Origin: an uncultured Verrucomicrobiae bacterium
GTDB lineage: Bacteria; Verrucomicrobiota; Verrucomicrobiia; Chthoniobacterales; JAFAMB01
Assembly (NCBI GenBank): GCA_963782115.1
Contig: CAWAIK010000001.1
Coordinates: 448,001 to 512,000 of the forward strand
DNA length: 64,000 nucleotides
Direction of reading: 5' to 3'
Position numbers and translations under genes: made by a program. Each line of letters starts with the position of its first letter. The stretch's first letter is position 1. Under the pieces are notes generated by a model. The model worked only from the letters and a program-made list of their open reading frames with translations. It was not told the DNA's origin and did not search any database. This document shows positions 46,270-56,800 of this stretch, piece by piece.

Positions 46270-46836
46270 TTATTCTGCTCTGTTGTAATTGTTCATCGCT
46301 GAGGCAATCCCGTTGCGCGCCACATGCTTCGATCGCTTCTGCCGCACGTTCGATCGCCCTGTTCATCGTTGGCTTTTCCGACCGATCGAATTCGCCCAGG
46401 ACATGGTCGGTCAATTGTTCGGAGTCATTCGAAGCCGCCGATTCCGACTCTCAATCGCATAAAGGTCTCGCCCAGATGGACAATGATCGATTTCAACCCA
46501 TTGTGGCCGCCGTCACTGCCTGCCGGCCGGAGCCGGAGCCGCCCAAGCGGAAGAGCTACATCATCCACCACGACCAGGATCTCTTCCGACTGGACCTTGA
46601 AATAATGCGCGAATCGACCAATGACCTCTCCAGTCCGGTTCATGTAGGTGAGCGGCTTTATCAACAGGATGTCGCCCCATTTTCCCAATTCGGAGCCCCA
46701 GGCAGCCGATCTTGAAAATGTCACTCCCTTTTTTCCCGCCAGGTAATCGATCACCATGAAACCAACATTATGCCGCGTTCCAGCTATACTGGAGCCCGGG
46801 ATTTCCCAGGCCAGCCACGAGACGCAGATCAGCCAT
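46270..46836 (-). CDS. pth: Peptidyl-tRNA hydrolase (frameshifted)
   Basis: GLGNPG, TRHNVGF, KPLTYMN, GGHNGLKS and RLRVGIG motifs. Confidence 0.95.
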
Positions 46837-46842
46837 GGGCTA

Positions 46843-47515
46843 TTAAGACTGAGAAGTCTCCGTTTTGGCTTCTCCCTTCTTCTCGGTGATCACCTCGGGG
46901 GCTACCGGGGCTTCCGCGGTCTCTGCAACCTCTTCGCCGACACGTGAAGCAACAACACTTACCACGGTCAGGTCGCCGTCGGTAATAGCTTCAACCCCGG
47001 AAGGAAGAGGAATATCGCGGACATGCAGCGACTCGCCGATGTTCAGGTTCGTAACATCGACCCGAACGATATCCGGCAGGTCCTGTGGGAAACACTCGAC
47101 TTCCAGCGTACGCAAAGAATATTCGAGCAGCCCACCGAACGTTCTGACTCCCAAGGCGTCACCGACGGCTTCAATCGGAACTTCGGAAGTGATCTTCTCG
47201 GTGGCGGAGACGGCGTGAAAATCGACGTGCAAGCAATTCGCCGCTTCAAGGGATGATGCTGAACTTCCTGGATCAGAGCCAATCGGCTGGTGCTCTGGCT
47301 CCCGTCCGCGATCTCCAACTCCACCAAAACGTGTTCACTCGACGCGTGCGCAAGCACGTTTGTCAAATCGCGGCCTTCCACTTGAAGCGCCATCGGCTCG
47401 TGCCTGAGAGCCGTAAACGACTCCGGGAACCAGACCTTCCTTTTTGATTCTTTTTGATAGCATTCCGGCCGATCACGGTCCGCATCTGCGCTTTCAGTTT
47501 AACTTGTTGAGCCAT
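46843..47515 (-). CDS. rplY: 50S ribosomal protein L25/Ctc (frameshifted)
   Basis: ALIQEVQHHP, HVDFH and LNIGESLHVRDI motifs. Confidence 0.93.
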
Positions 47516-47520
47516 GATTC

Positions 47521-48484
47521 TTACGATTGTTTTGCATTGATCTCGAAAAGCGAACTTACCGATTCGTTCGTGTAAATTCGGTGGATACCCTCAGCGAGGA
47601 CCTCTGCGATGGAAAGGACGGTGATGTTGCAATCCGGATGGAGTTTTACCGGAGTGCTGTCGGTGGTGATCAGTTCCTGGATCTCCGATTTTTTCAGCCT
47701 TTCGTGGGCAATATCGGTAAAAACAGCATGGGAAACGCCCGTGTAGATGTCTTCGGCGCCAAATTTCTTTAACAGCGTCGCGGCGTTGGTCAGTGTGCCT
47801 GCGGTTTCCGTAAGGTCATCCACCATGATGACATTTTTTCCATCCACGTCGCCGATCACCGTCAGCGCCTCCGTTTCGGTTGGACTGATCCGCCGTTTTG
47901 CAACGATTGCCAACGTCGCGCCCAACGCCTCGGCGTAAGCGGAGGCCAATTTCAGGCCGCCAACGTCCGGTGAGACGACTGCGAGATTATCGATTTTCTT
48001 CTGGCGGATATAGCGGATCAATACCGGTGCCGCGTACAAATGGTCGACCGGGATATCAAAGAATCCCTGGATCTGTTGGGCATGTAAATCGAGCGTCAAG
48101 ACTCGGCTGGCTCCAGCCGCAACGAGCAGATTGGCGACCAGTTTGGCGGTGATCGGTACCCGTGGCTGATCTTTGCGGTCCTGTCGCGCATATCCAAAAT
48201 AGGGAATAACCGCGGTAATCCGATAAGCGCTCGCTCGTCTGGCGGCATCGATCAGGATCAGGAGTTCCATCAAATTCTGATTGGTGGGCGGGCAGGTCGG
48301 TTGGACGATGTAAATATCGCGGCCCCGGATGTTTTCGTTGATTTTGACCCGCGTTTCGCCGTCCGGGAAAGAGCTGACGACTGCGTCGCCGAGAGGGGCG
48401 CCGATCGCCTTGACAAATTCTCAGGGCCAGATCGCGATGCGCTGATCCTGAAAATATCTTCATTTCTCGGTTGAACGGGGTCAT
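47521..48484 (-). CDS. prs: Ribose-phosphate pyrophosphokinase (frameshifted)
   Basis: MKIFSG, PYFGYARQDRK, DLHAQQIQGFF, VSPDVGG and VDDLTETAGT motifs. Confidence 0.96.
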
Positions 48485-48605
48485 AGCCAGGCGAAAAGGA
48501 ACCGGGATTCTAATCCTGAAATCCGCTTTTGCAAGAGAACGAGACGACAAGGGAGGCTGTACAGTCTGGAACACGATCCCAACTCTGCGGCAGCGCGTCC
48601 CCAGG

Positions 48606-51600
48606 TCAGGTGAGCAACTCTGCGAGCTTTGCCCTGAAGTCTTCCTCATCTCGAACGGAAAAATCTGCGTCTGGCTTTCAAGTCGAATCTCGTGTCCGTC
48701 GATCGACAGGAATCGCAGGTAGAGCGGTTGTATCCCAGGGAATTGACGGACCAGGTCGCGGATTGCGATCAACCGTTCTTCATCGGCTTTTTCCATAGGG
48801 ATATCGATCGTCAGAGCCTTAACCGGTTTCCGGCCGGCTAATCGGCCCGATCTCGTTTGCCACAATCCGGGCGCTCGTCCTCCCGCTTATCCAGTTTGCC
48901 TGCGATCGCCACGATTTTCCCTTTGTCGATCTCCTTGGCCGTTTTCGCGTACACTTCGCCCCAAACCATGACCTCCACCGATCCAGTAAAGTCTTCAACC
49001 GTCAGGATCGCGAACGGTTTTCCCTCTTTGCGGGTAAGCTTCTTGTCGAAAACGGAGATCGACCCGGCGATCTTGACCGTGCCTTTGTCTTCCTGATCGG
49101 CTAAATCGTTGATCCTCATGTATTCGCCTCCCTCGATAAGCTCTCGGTGGGCGTCCAACGGATGGCCGGTGACGTAGAAACCCGAGAAGGTCCTTTTCAT
49201 GCCCGAGTTTTTCAGCGGTCGACCAAGGCGTGAAATGAACCGTGTCACCGTTTGTTTTTGGAGCGGCTGCCATCTCCAATTCGCCGAACAACGAGACTTG
49301 GCCGCTGCGCCTGTCTCTGTGCGCGGAGGCTCCGGCCAATAAAGCTTGGTCGATTCGCTCAAATAGTTCCGCACGATCTCTTCCGGTAAAATCGAACGCT
49401 CCGGCGCGAATCAGGTTTTCCAGGATCTTGCGATTGACCGACTTGGAATCCAGACGGCTGCAATAATCCTCGACCGATTTGAACGGGCCATTCTTCTCTC
49501 GTTCCGGAGATTGCGGATTCCATGGCCGCTTCGCCGATGTTTTTGATCGCGGCGAGGCCGTATCGAATACCCCGCTGCTCCGCCTGAGTTTCAGGCACAA
49601 ACTTCAGATGGCTCCGGTTGATGTCCGGTGGCAGAATCGATGATGCCGAGCCTTTGGCATTCCGCGACAAAGACCGCGATTTTACCCGTATTGTTGACTT
49701 CGTTACTGAGCAGCCCGGCCATGAATTCAACCGGATAGTTCGCTTTCAGATAGGCGGTCCGATAACTGATCAAGCCGTAAGCGGCACTGTGACTCTTATT
49801 GAAACCGTATCCGGCGAACTTTTCGAGGAGATCGAAGATGGCGTTCGCCTTCTTTTCGTCGATCCCATTAACGCGTTTGCATCCTTCGATGAAATTAACG
49901 CGTTCTTTCGCCATCTTTTCCTTGTCCTTTTTCCCCATCGCGCGCCGGAGAAGATCAGCCTGACCAAGGGTGTATCCGGCCAGGACGTTGGCCGCCCGCT
50001 GCACCTGTTCCTGGTAGATCATTATCCCGTAGGTGTTGGCACAGACCTCTTTCAGCAGCGGATGCTCGTATTTGATTTTCGTCTGGCCCTTTTTGCGCTT
50101 GATATAGTCGGGAATCAGTTCCATCGGACCGGGGCGATAAAGCGCGATCAAGGCGATAATATCGTCGATGCTGTTGACATCGAACTGCTTGCACAGGTTC
50201 ACCATCCCGCCGGATTCCAATTGAAACACTCCAATTGTTTCGCCGCGATTCAGCAGATCAAACGTGGCTCGATCATCGAGCGGTAGTGTTTCGAGTGAAA
50301 AATCGGGCTGCCGATCTCGAATCAGGGACGGCTGCATCCTGCAGAACCGTGAGCGTTTTAAGTCCGAGAAAATCCATTTTCAACATGCCCAGGTCGGTGA
50401 GCGGGTCCCATGGCATATTGGGTGACAACCTCGTCGTCGTTGCCGCGGCAAAGCGGGATGTAATCATCGAGCGGTCGATCGCCGATCACCACGCCCGCAG
50501 CATGGATGCCGGTATTCCGCGTCAGACCTTCCAGAACGGTGGCGTAATTCCAAAGCTGCTGAGTGCTTTCTTCGGTTTCTACGGCTTGTTTCAATTCCGG
50601 ATTCTTTTCCAGTGCGCCTTTCAGCGTGATACCGAGTTCGTTCGGAATCATCTTCGCGATGCGATCTGCATCGGAATAACTCAGGCCCATCACCCGGCCA
50701 ACGTCTCGAACGACGCTCTTGGCTCCCAGGGTGCCAAAGGTGATGATCTGCGACACCGCCCGTGGCCCATACTTTCGTCGAACATACTCAATCACTTCGC
50801 CCCTTCGGTTCTGGCAAAAATCAACATCGATATCCGGCGGGCTCACGCGTTCCGGATTCAGAAACCGTTCGAAGATCAGATCGAATCGCAGCGGATCCAG
50901 ATCGGTGATCCCGAGGACATAAGCGGCTAGTGAACCTGCTGCCGATCCGCGTCCGGGACCAACCGGAATACCATGCTCTTTCGCGTAATGGATGAAATCC
51001 CAAACAATCAGGAAATAGCTGACAAACCCCGCTTTTTCCAGGATCGAGAGCTCATATTCCAGACGCTGCCGAAGCTCTTTATCGGTTTCGGCTCGTTCCC
51101 CGTAACGCTCTTTTAAGCCCGTTGAAGCAGAGTTCGCGAAGAAATTCCTCGCGCGTTTTCCCTTCGGGCGGGGTGTAAGCCGGGTATTTTGAAACGCCGA
51201 AATCAAGTTTCAGATCGCAGGCTTCGGCGATCCGAAGCGTGTTGGTCATGGCCTCTGGAACTTCCGAAAAAATGGCCCGCATCTCCTCCGCAGATTTGAA
51301 ATAGACTTCTGTCGGATAATGCATCCGGCGCTCGTCATGGACCATCGAGCCGGTGCCGATACAGATCATTACGTCATGAGCCTCATGATGGGATCGTTCC
51401 AGAAAGTGAACGTCGTTCGCTGCTACGACCGGGATTCCGAGTTTTTTGGAAATTTCCAGAAGCGCTCGATTGCAGAGATGTTGCGCCTCAAGTCCGTGAT
51501 CATGGAGCTCAAGGTAAAAGTTTTCCCGGCCGAAGATGTCCACGAATTCGCCGGCAGATTTCTGGGCCTTGTTCAGGTCAGCCGCCTGGATTGCCACATT

Positions 51601-52045
51601 GATTTCACCTTTCAGGCAGGCGCTCATCCCGATCAAGCCGGCACTGTGTTTCGCCAGCAACTCTTTGTCGATACGCGGCTTATAGTGAAAACCCTCCAGG
51701 TGCGCGGCGGAGACCAGTTTCACAAGATTGCTGTAACCGCGAAGGTCTTTTGCCAGCAGCGTGAAGTGGAAGGCGGCGTCTCGGGCGGATGACGCGCTTT
51801 TGTCGATCATCGAGCCGGGCGCCATGTAGATTTCGCATCCAATAATGGGTTTCACACCGGCCTTTTCTGCTGCCTTGATAGAATTCGATTGCGCCGAACA
51901 TGTTGCCGTGATCGGTCATGGCCACGGCCGGCATGCCGTAATCGGCCACCTTTTTCATGAGATCCGGAATCCGGATGGCGCCGTCCAGGAGGGAGTATTC
52001 AGTATGAAGATGCAGGTGGACAAAGGAGTCAGTCGGCATCGCCAC
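48606..52045 (-). CDS. dnaE: DNA polymerase III alpha subunit (several frameshifts)
   Basis: [49 protein letters not shown] and [11 protein letters not shown] motifs. Confidence 0.97.
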
Positions 52046-52243
52046 TCAACCTACCCGCTGCAGCCGCTTGCATCAACGGCGAACGGCAGCCAGATTTGCG
52101 GCGAAGAGTGATTCACGCTTGCCTGGTTTGCTGGCGAGATCTGAGCAATCTACGGTTTGAAATTCGGAATTTAGGTCAGCATTGACCGGCGTCCGTCCTG
52201 AGGATTGGCAATTTGGTATTTTGTGGCAGACTAGAACCCCCAA

Positions 52244-52325
52244 GCCGAGGTGGCGAAATTGGCAGACGCGCCAGACTTAGGATCTGGTCCCGAAAGGGGT
52301 ATGGGTTCGAGTCCCTTCCTCGGCA
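52244..52325 (+). tRNA. tRNA-Leu (anticodon TAG)
   Basis: GCCGAGG/CCTCGGC acceptor stem, D-loop AATTGGCAGAC, anticodon arm CCAGA-CTTAGGA-TCTGG, long variable arm, T-loop GGTTCGAGTCC. Confidence 0.96.
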
Positions 52326-52335
52326 AACCATTCAG

Positions 52336-52422
52336 AATAAATAACTTACAGAGACAGGCGAAGCTTTGTATTGATACGCGTAGTCACGGGGTGCCAGAAA
52401 GGTGCCAGAATTCGTGCTAGAA
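52336..52422 (+). promoter_or_regulatory. Putative att arm region (IHF-like site plus arm-type direct repeats)
   Basis: AATAAATAACTTA (1 mismatch to WATCAANNNNTTR) at 52336; GTGCCAGAA at 52391 and 52402, GTGCTAGAA at 52414. Confidence 0.6.
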
Positions 52423-53046
52423 TTCGCGCCATTCCCGAAAATCAAGCAACTCACCAGCGTCTTTGGACCGCAATGCCTCGTCATTCCGGTAGCTGAAGTA
52501 GTGGAAGTTGATGGCGATCTTAGGCAATTGTTTGCCGTCAGCATCCTGAACAGTAGAATGAAGCCCCCAGAGCGGCTCGGTTTTGGCCAGAATATTAGCG
52601 GAACCTTTGATTCCAAACTCTGATGCCGCTTCCTTGAGTTTGAGCATCATCCACCAAAAAAGCTGGAACCATCTGGCAGGTGGGACAGCCTTAAAAAGTT
52701 TCAGCGCGCGCACAATAAGCGCATGGAGACACCTTGCCTTGAGGACAGGATCTTTCGCGCGCGCATCGGTGAAAGCCGTGTAATGGCGGAATGTGTAGAG
52801 GTCTTTGGTGCGCATATAACGCCACTCATGAGTATCGAAGGTCGCACCGAGCAGGTACTCAATCCGTTCCAGGCAGTTTTCCCTGGTCAACACTCGTCGC
52901 CCGGCCTCGATTGCGCGTAGCGTGGCTGCGGGGATCCCTGTGAGTTGGGCAAAATCGACCTGGTGCATGGGTTTTGGGCCATTGCCAAGGATCGAGCGCA
53001 ATTTAAGCAGGGGATTTTCGCGACGTTCGAGACGTGGTGCAGGCAT
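52417..53046 (-). CDS. Xre-like HTH regulator
   Basis: LLKLRSIL..MHQVDFAQLTGIPAATLRAIEAGRR HTH; unknown C-terminal domain. Confidence 0.75.
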   Translation of the reverse strand: MPAPRLERRENPLLKLRSILGNGPKPMHQVDFAQLTGIPAATLRAIEAGRRVLTRENCLERIEYLLGATFDTHEWRYMRTKDLYTFRHYTAFTDARAKDPVLKARCLHALIVRALKLFKAVPPARWFQLFWWMMLKLKEAASEFGIKGSANILAKTEPLWGLHSTVQDADGKQLPKIAINFHYFSYRNDEALRSKDAGELLDFREWREF

Positions 53047-53052
53047 GCACCA

Positions 53053-53215
53053 TTAATACGCGTCTCAATCCATTGGTGCAAGGAATACGCTTCTATTATC
53101 TCTTGCTCCAATAGCAGAAGCCTGTGGGTAAAGATCCAAGGAAAACATTTTAGTTGAGAACTTCACTTTTCTGTTGATACACGTAGTAATGATATGCTAT
53201 TAATACGTGTATGAA
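53053..53215. promoter_or_regulatory. Divergent promoter region with three 16-bp pseudo-palindromic operators
   Basis: TTAATACGCGTCTCAA (53053), TTGATACACGTAGTAA (53174), TTAATACGTGTATGAA (53200); TTGATA..TGcTATTAA promoter just before the ATG at 53211. Confidence 0.7.
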
Positions 53216-53459
53216 CGAAATCGCTCCAGCAAAGTACATGCGCCCAAAACCTTTCGCGGTCAGGACCGGGGTTAGCGGCCGGACTGTTTACCGTTGGATC
53301 GATTTGAAGATTATTCCCTCCTACAAGTTTCAGGGGGTGCTGCTAATCGATATCGAAGAGGCCGATCTGATCATCAAAGGCCTGCGTCGGCACGAAATTA
53401 AAGCCTTTCCTAAATCAAAGCGCCAACAAAAGACGGAGTCGGCGGCCGTCGCGAAGTGA
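53211..53459 (+). CDS. Excisionase-like HTH protein
   Basis: YMRPKPFAVRTGVSGRTVYRWIDLKIIPSYKFQGVLLID fits the Xis/MerR-like HTH pattern. Confidence 0.78.
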   Translation: MNEIAPAKYMRPKPFAVRTGVSGRTVYRWIDLKIIPSYKFQGVLLIDIEEADLIIKGLRRHEIKAFPKSKRQQKTESAAVAK

Positions 53460-53734
53460 GCGGTGCGCCGGACGCTCCGAAATTTCAGAAGATCACAACA
53501 GAGCGTAACAATTGAGCACGTTTAAAAAGCTAAAAGTCGGCTGGAGGAAGGGTCACCAATCGGCCCCACTTTTCGGGAACCAAGACTTCTCCAAACCGCC
53601 GAAAGCCAAGCGCGGGTCTAACTTCCCGAAATCCAGGAAGCGGAGAAAGAAGTAATCTACTTTCTGGCTGAGGCGTACCGTAAGGAGTTTACCTGGAACG
53701 TCAGGCCCAGGGGAAGGTAAAAAGACTCTGCTCG

Positions 53735-53860
53735 TCTCCCCGCCCTCAACCTGAGTGAAGGAAGCCCCCGGATAGGCGACGGTACGACCGGTAGGCGGGG
53801 TGCCGTCCATTAAGATTAAGGGACCAGTGTGGGTGCCGTGTAACACCATTGGGTGGCGAC
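53735..53860 (-). pseudogene. SnoaL-like ester cyclase fragment
   Basis: VLHGTHTGPL..PPTGRTVAYPGASFTQVEG. Confidence 0.65.
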
Positions 53861-54029
53861 CAAGCCTCCTCCGACGTCCCCTCTACTAATGCGCGGGATA
53901 GTGGGTGAGTACCAAATCGGCAAGAATGCGCCGGTCTACCATCCACATCACCGGCAAGCTGGCGAACAGGGGCTTGACGTGTGGTCAAGCCGTTGGCAAG
54001 ACAGAGTTGGAAGCGTTCGTTGAATCCAC

Positions 54030-54317
54030 TCATTGGGAAATCTCCTTCTCAATTTCCGCCATCAGTTTTTCGTCGAACAGTTCCGGCAGAACCATTTGCA
54101 AGAACTGCAACAGGAATCTCGCATCACCGAGTTCACTTGCTTGATTGGACCGTAAACGCAACATGCACCGGTCCATGTTGCTGAGGTTGCCGGTGTCCAG
54201 CAGGTCCTGGATACGGGGTTCAAAAACCTCGGGCACCCATTCTATAGGTACCTGGTAGAATTTCTCAAGTGGGTAGGGGTATTTAGGTTTCATAAGAGGT
54301 TCATGATTTTGGACCAA
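54030..54317 (-). CDS. Hypothetical protein downstream of polA
   Basis: ORF overlapping the polA stop, operon-like packing; no recognised motif. Confidence 0.55.
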   Translation of the reverse strand: MVQNHEPLMKPKYPYPLEKFYQVPIEWVPEVFEPRIQDLLDTGNLSNMDRCMLRLRSNQASELGDARFLLQFLQMVLPELFDEKLMAEIEKEISQ

Positions 54318-55996
54318 AAGTCTTTGCCGCGTTTGTCCGAGTAGCGGTTCGGATACTTAACAATTACGGCGTCGGTCGAAAGGGGGAAGCCATCCAGGAC
54401 GATTTCGGACGCTCGGCGCATATGCTCGCGCATGCGGGCGACTTCTTCCTCAATACGTTCCACGGGAGCTGTGATCATCAGTGCGTCATGGACTGGGGCA
54501 CATACCAAAATGTCGTCCTCTGTCCCATAACAGCAGGCAAGCCGTAGCATTTCCGCACCATTAGCCTGCATAAAGAAGTTGCGAAGGGAGCGCGGATTGA
54601 AGTCCGGTCGTACATGGTTGGTCCAGCCGAAAACGGTTTGCTGCCTTCGGTCCAAAACAGTTTTGTCAACAGTGTTGTCCGACCAGCGCCAAAACACTTT
54701 GTAAATCTCGCGGTGCATTCGCAACAGGTCTCTCGCTACAAATTCCGGCTGTTGAATTCGACGCGCCAGGGATTCGCCCTCCATGCCGTACTGGACTCCG
54801 AGCACACAACGCTTGAAAAGTTCCCTCTTTTCGGAGTGTGAATCCTTTGTCGCGTCAGCAGGCACTGCCTTGGCTTGTTTCGCGAAGGTCAGATAAGGAT
54901 CGCCAGAAGCATAAGCCTCCTTCATGTTTGGATCGCCGGACAATGCGGCGGCAATTCCGAATTCCTGTTGACACCAATCGATGTACGCGATGGCCCACCC
55001 TTCTTTGGGCTTAATCAGGCTGCGCAACCATGATCCAGGACCGAATATGTACTTCGTGTTGGAAGGCTGATTTCGGCCTGTTCGTGCAGCGAAGGCTGAA
55101 AGCATCGTGCGATTGTAGCCGTCCTTTCCGACCTGCAGATCGTTCAGGCGCAATTCGGACAGGGCTTGACGAAGCTTCCTCAAGTTGACGATCTGCGGGT
55201 AGATGTTAGCCATCTCTTCGAAGGTGTCATCGTCCAGGGCGAGCCTGCCGGAATCCAGGCGCGGCCAGCCCATGTTGTTGAAACAAAGCCAATCCTCGAA
55301 TCGCTCCCGACGGAAGGATCGTCCGTCATAAACGCCGTATTCGGCGTCCACTTCGACGATCAACTTTTCCTGAATGTCCTCCCAATTGGACACCAGCCGA
55401 GCGAGAATTTCAGTGTCGATTGGCACGCCGTTGTACTCCATCGCGCTCACGGCGCTCATGTACCTGCCGCGAAGCATGGCGCGTGGGAGATCAATGCGCC
55501 CAATCATTCTTGGTAACAGGCGAGCCAGGGCCTCGGTGTCGGTTTGACAGTACTCCAGGATCGCTTTCTTCTCTTCTGCTGTCCACGGCCCGCCACGCAG
55601 CACCAAGTCGCGCATTTTGGTTTTCTCGGCGGCGTCGATGCTGTCCAGGCCGTGAAAAATAAGCGCGCCGATAAGGCCCTTCCCGTTCGACACAGGTACG
55701 CCATTGGTGGCGTTCTTGAATTCGACGCACAGGTCCAAAATTCGCTTTGGTTGCGGCCAGCCGAGTGTACGAAAACAACCCAATTCAGCGCTCGCGTAAT
55801 AGGCAATGAACAGCGAATCGGACGACACATCGAACGGTGGCTCTGGACCGAACTGGTCGTGCCACAGTAGGATCTGTCGCCCGCTTCGCAATTCCCTAGC
55901 AGAGAGGCAGACGGGAATCTGCCTCTCTCCCGAACGGGCGATGAACTCGAAGTCCGCCGCCCACAACTCCTTGAACTGATCCAAGGACGGATGCAT
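54290..55996 (-). CDS. Stand-alone family A DNA polymerase with 3'-5' exonuclease and no 5'-3' exonuclease
   Basis: ExoI ADFEF, ExoII-like YYASAE, ExoIII YCQTD; TGRNQPS; motif A YIDWCQQEFGIAAALSGD; motif B RELFKRCVLGVQYGM; motif C PVHDAL. Confidence 0.93.
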   Translation of the reverse strand: MHPSLDQFKELWAADFEFIARSGERQIPVCLSARELRSGRQILLWHDQFGPEPPFDVSSDSLFIAYYASAELGCFRTLGWPQPKRILDLCVEFKNATNGVPVSNGKGLIGALIFHGLDSIDAAEKTKMRDLVLRGGPWTAEEKKAILEYCQTDTEALARLLPRMIGRIDLPRAMLRGRYMSAVSAMEYNGVPIDTEILARLVSNWEDIQEKLIVEVDAEYGVYDGRSFRRERFEDWLCFNNMGWPRLDSGRLALDDDTFEEMANIYPQIVNLRKLRQALSELRLNDLQVGKDGYNRTMLSAFAARTGRNQPSNTKYIFGPGSWLRSLIKPKEGWAIAYIDWCQQEFGIAAALSGDPNMKEAYASGDPYLTFAKQAKAVPADATKDSHSEKRELFKRCVLGVQYGMEGESLARRIQQPEFVARDLLRMHREIYKVFWRWSDNTVDKTVLDRRQQTVFGWTNHVRPDFNPRSLRNFFMQANGAEMLRLACCYGTEDDILVCAPVHDALMITAPVERIEEEVARMREHMRRASEIVLDGFPLSTDAVIVKYPNRYSDKRGKDFWSKIMNLL

Positions 55997-55998
55997 GG

Positions 55999-56793
55999 CT
56001 ATGCCAGCCCCCGTAGTTTCTGGATGATCAAGTGGTCAGCGTTATCGATTAAACGATTCTTGAACGCAATTTTGATCAAGTCCCAGAACGACTGTGTCGG
56101 CCATTCTGGATCGCCGTAGTCGGCGACTGCCTCGAACACTTCATAAGCACCAAGGCTCATGTTGGCAGTAACGCGGACCCATCGATCACGCGCCTTCTCG
56201 GCTGCTTCTGCCGCCGAGATGTGCCAGTCCATCTGCCGACCGTCGGCTCCAGGGAGCTTGACAGGCCAAAGGAACACCACTTTTTGGCGATTGATCGCAA
56301 CATGGATAGTCGCGACGTAGTACTCGGATTCAGTCAACTCCGCACAGAGTTGAGGGACGATCAGGTAAGTGTCGCGCTCGTAATCGAGCAGGGCCACTTC
56401 CACCCGATACTCTGGATCGGGATGGACCCGAACAAAGTCCTGCTTGTTCGGTTTTCGGACTGGAACGGTGATCAACAGGCGTTTCGCTGCTTGTGCCTGC
56501 AGAACACTTTGATCAAGCCGAAGGTTTTCAGGCTTGAACGGATCGTCCTGTGCCTTCTTCAAATCCGCTGCGGTTTTAAAGGGCTTCTGGACGATTTCCT
56601 CAAATTCCGCCGCCGTTTCTGGGTCGGAATCCTCGGCGACCGCCTTTGTCCTGGAGGAGGTCTTTTTGGTTGCTGAACGGTCACTCTCTTTTAGGGGAGA
56701 GAGAACACGGTTCACTTGAGTTGTTGTTTCGGCAGGAATCTGGCCCTGCCCCTCTGCGTGCTCGGCAACCGAGCTGTTGTGTGATGTGCTCAC
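55999..56793 (-). CDS. Hypothetical protein immediately upstream of polA (candidate ssDNA-binding/accessory factor)
   Basis: Intact 264-aa ORF ending 2 bp before polA; low-complexity N-terminus, beta/aromatic-rich core (VRKPNKQDFVRVHP, VFLWPVKLP, WVRVTAN, PEWP). Confidence 0.8.
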   Translation of the reverse strand: MSTSHNSSVAEHAEGQGQIPAETTTQVNRVLSPLKESDRSATKKTSSRTKAVAEDSDPETAAEFEEIVQKPFKTAADLKKAQDDPFKPENLRLDQSVLQAQAAKRLLITVPVRKPNKQDFVRVHPDPEYRVEVALLDYERDTYLIVPQLCAELTESEYYVATIHVAINRQKVVFLWPVKLPGADGRQMDWHISAAEAAEKARDRWVRVTANMSLGAYEVFEAVADYGDPEWPTQSFWDLIKIAFKNRLIDNADHLIIQKLRGLA

Positions 56794-56800
56794 GTTAAAA

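Noticed and set aside
48606..52045. Split or intein-containing dnaE
   Set aside because: Total length is normal, no intein motifs were seen, and the breaks are single-base shifts
54290..55996. Host housekeeping polA
   Set aside because: No 5'-3' exonuclease domain, divergent motifs and island context
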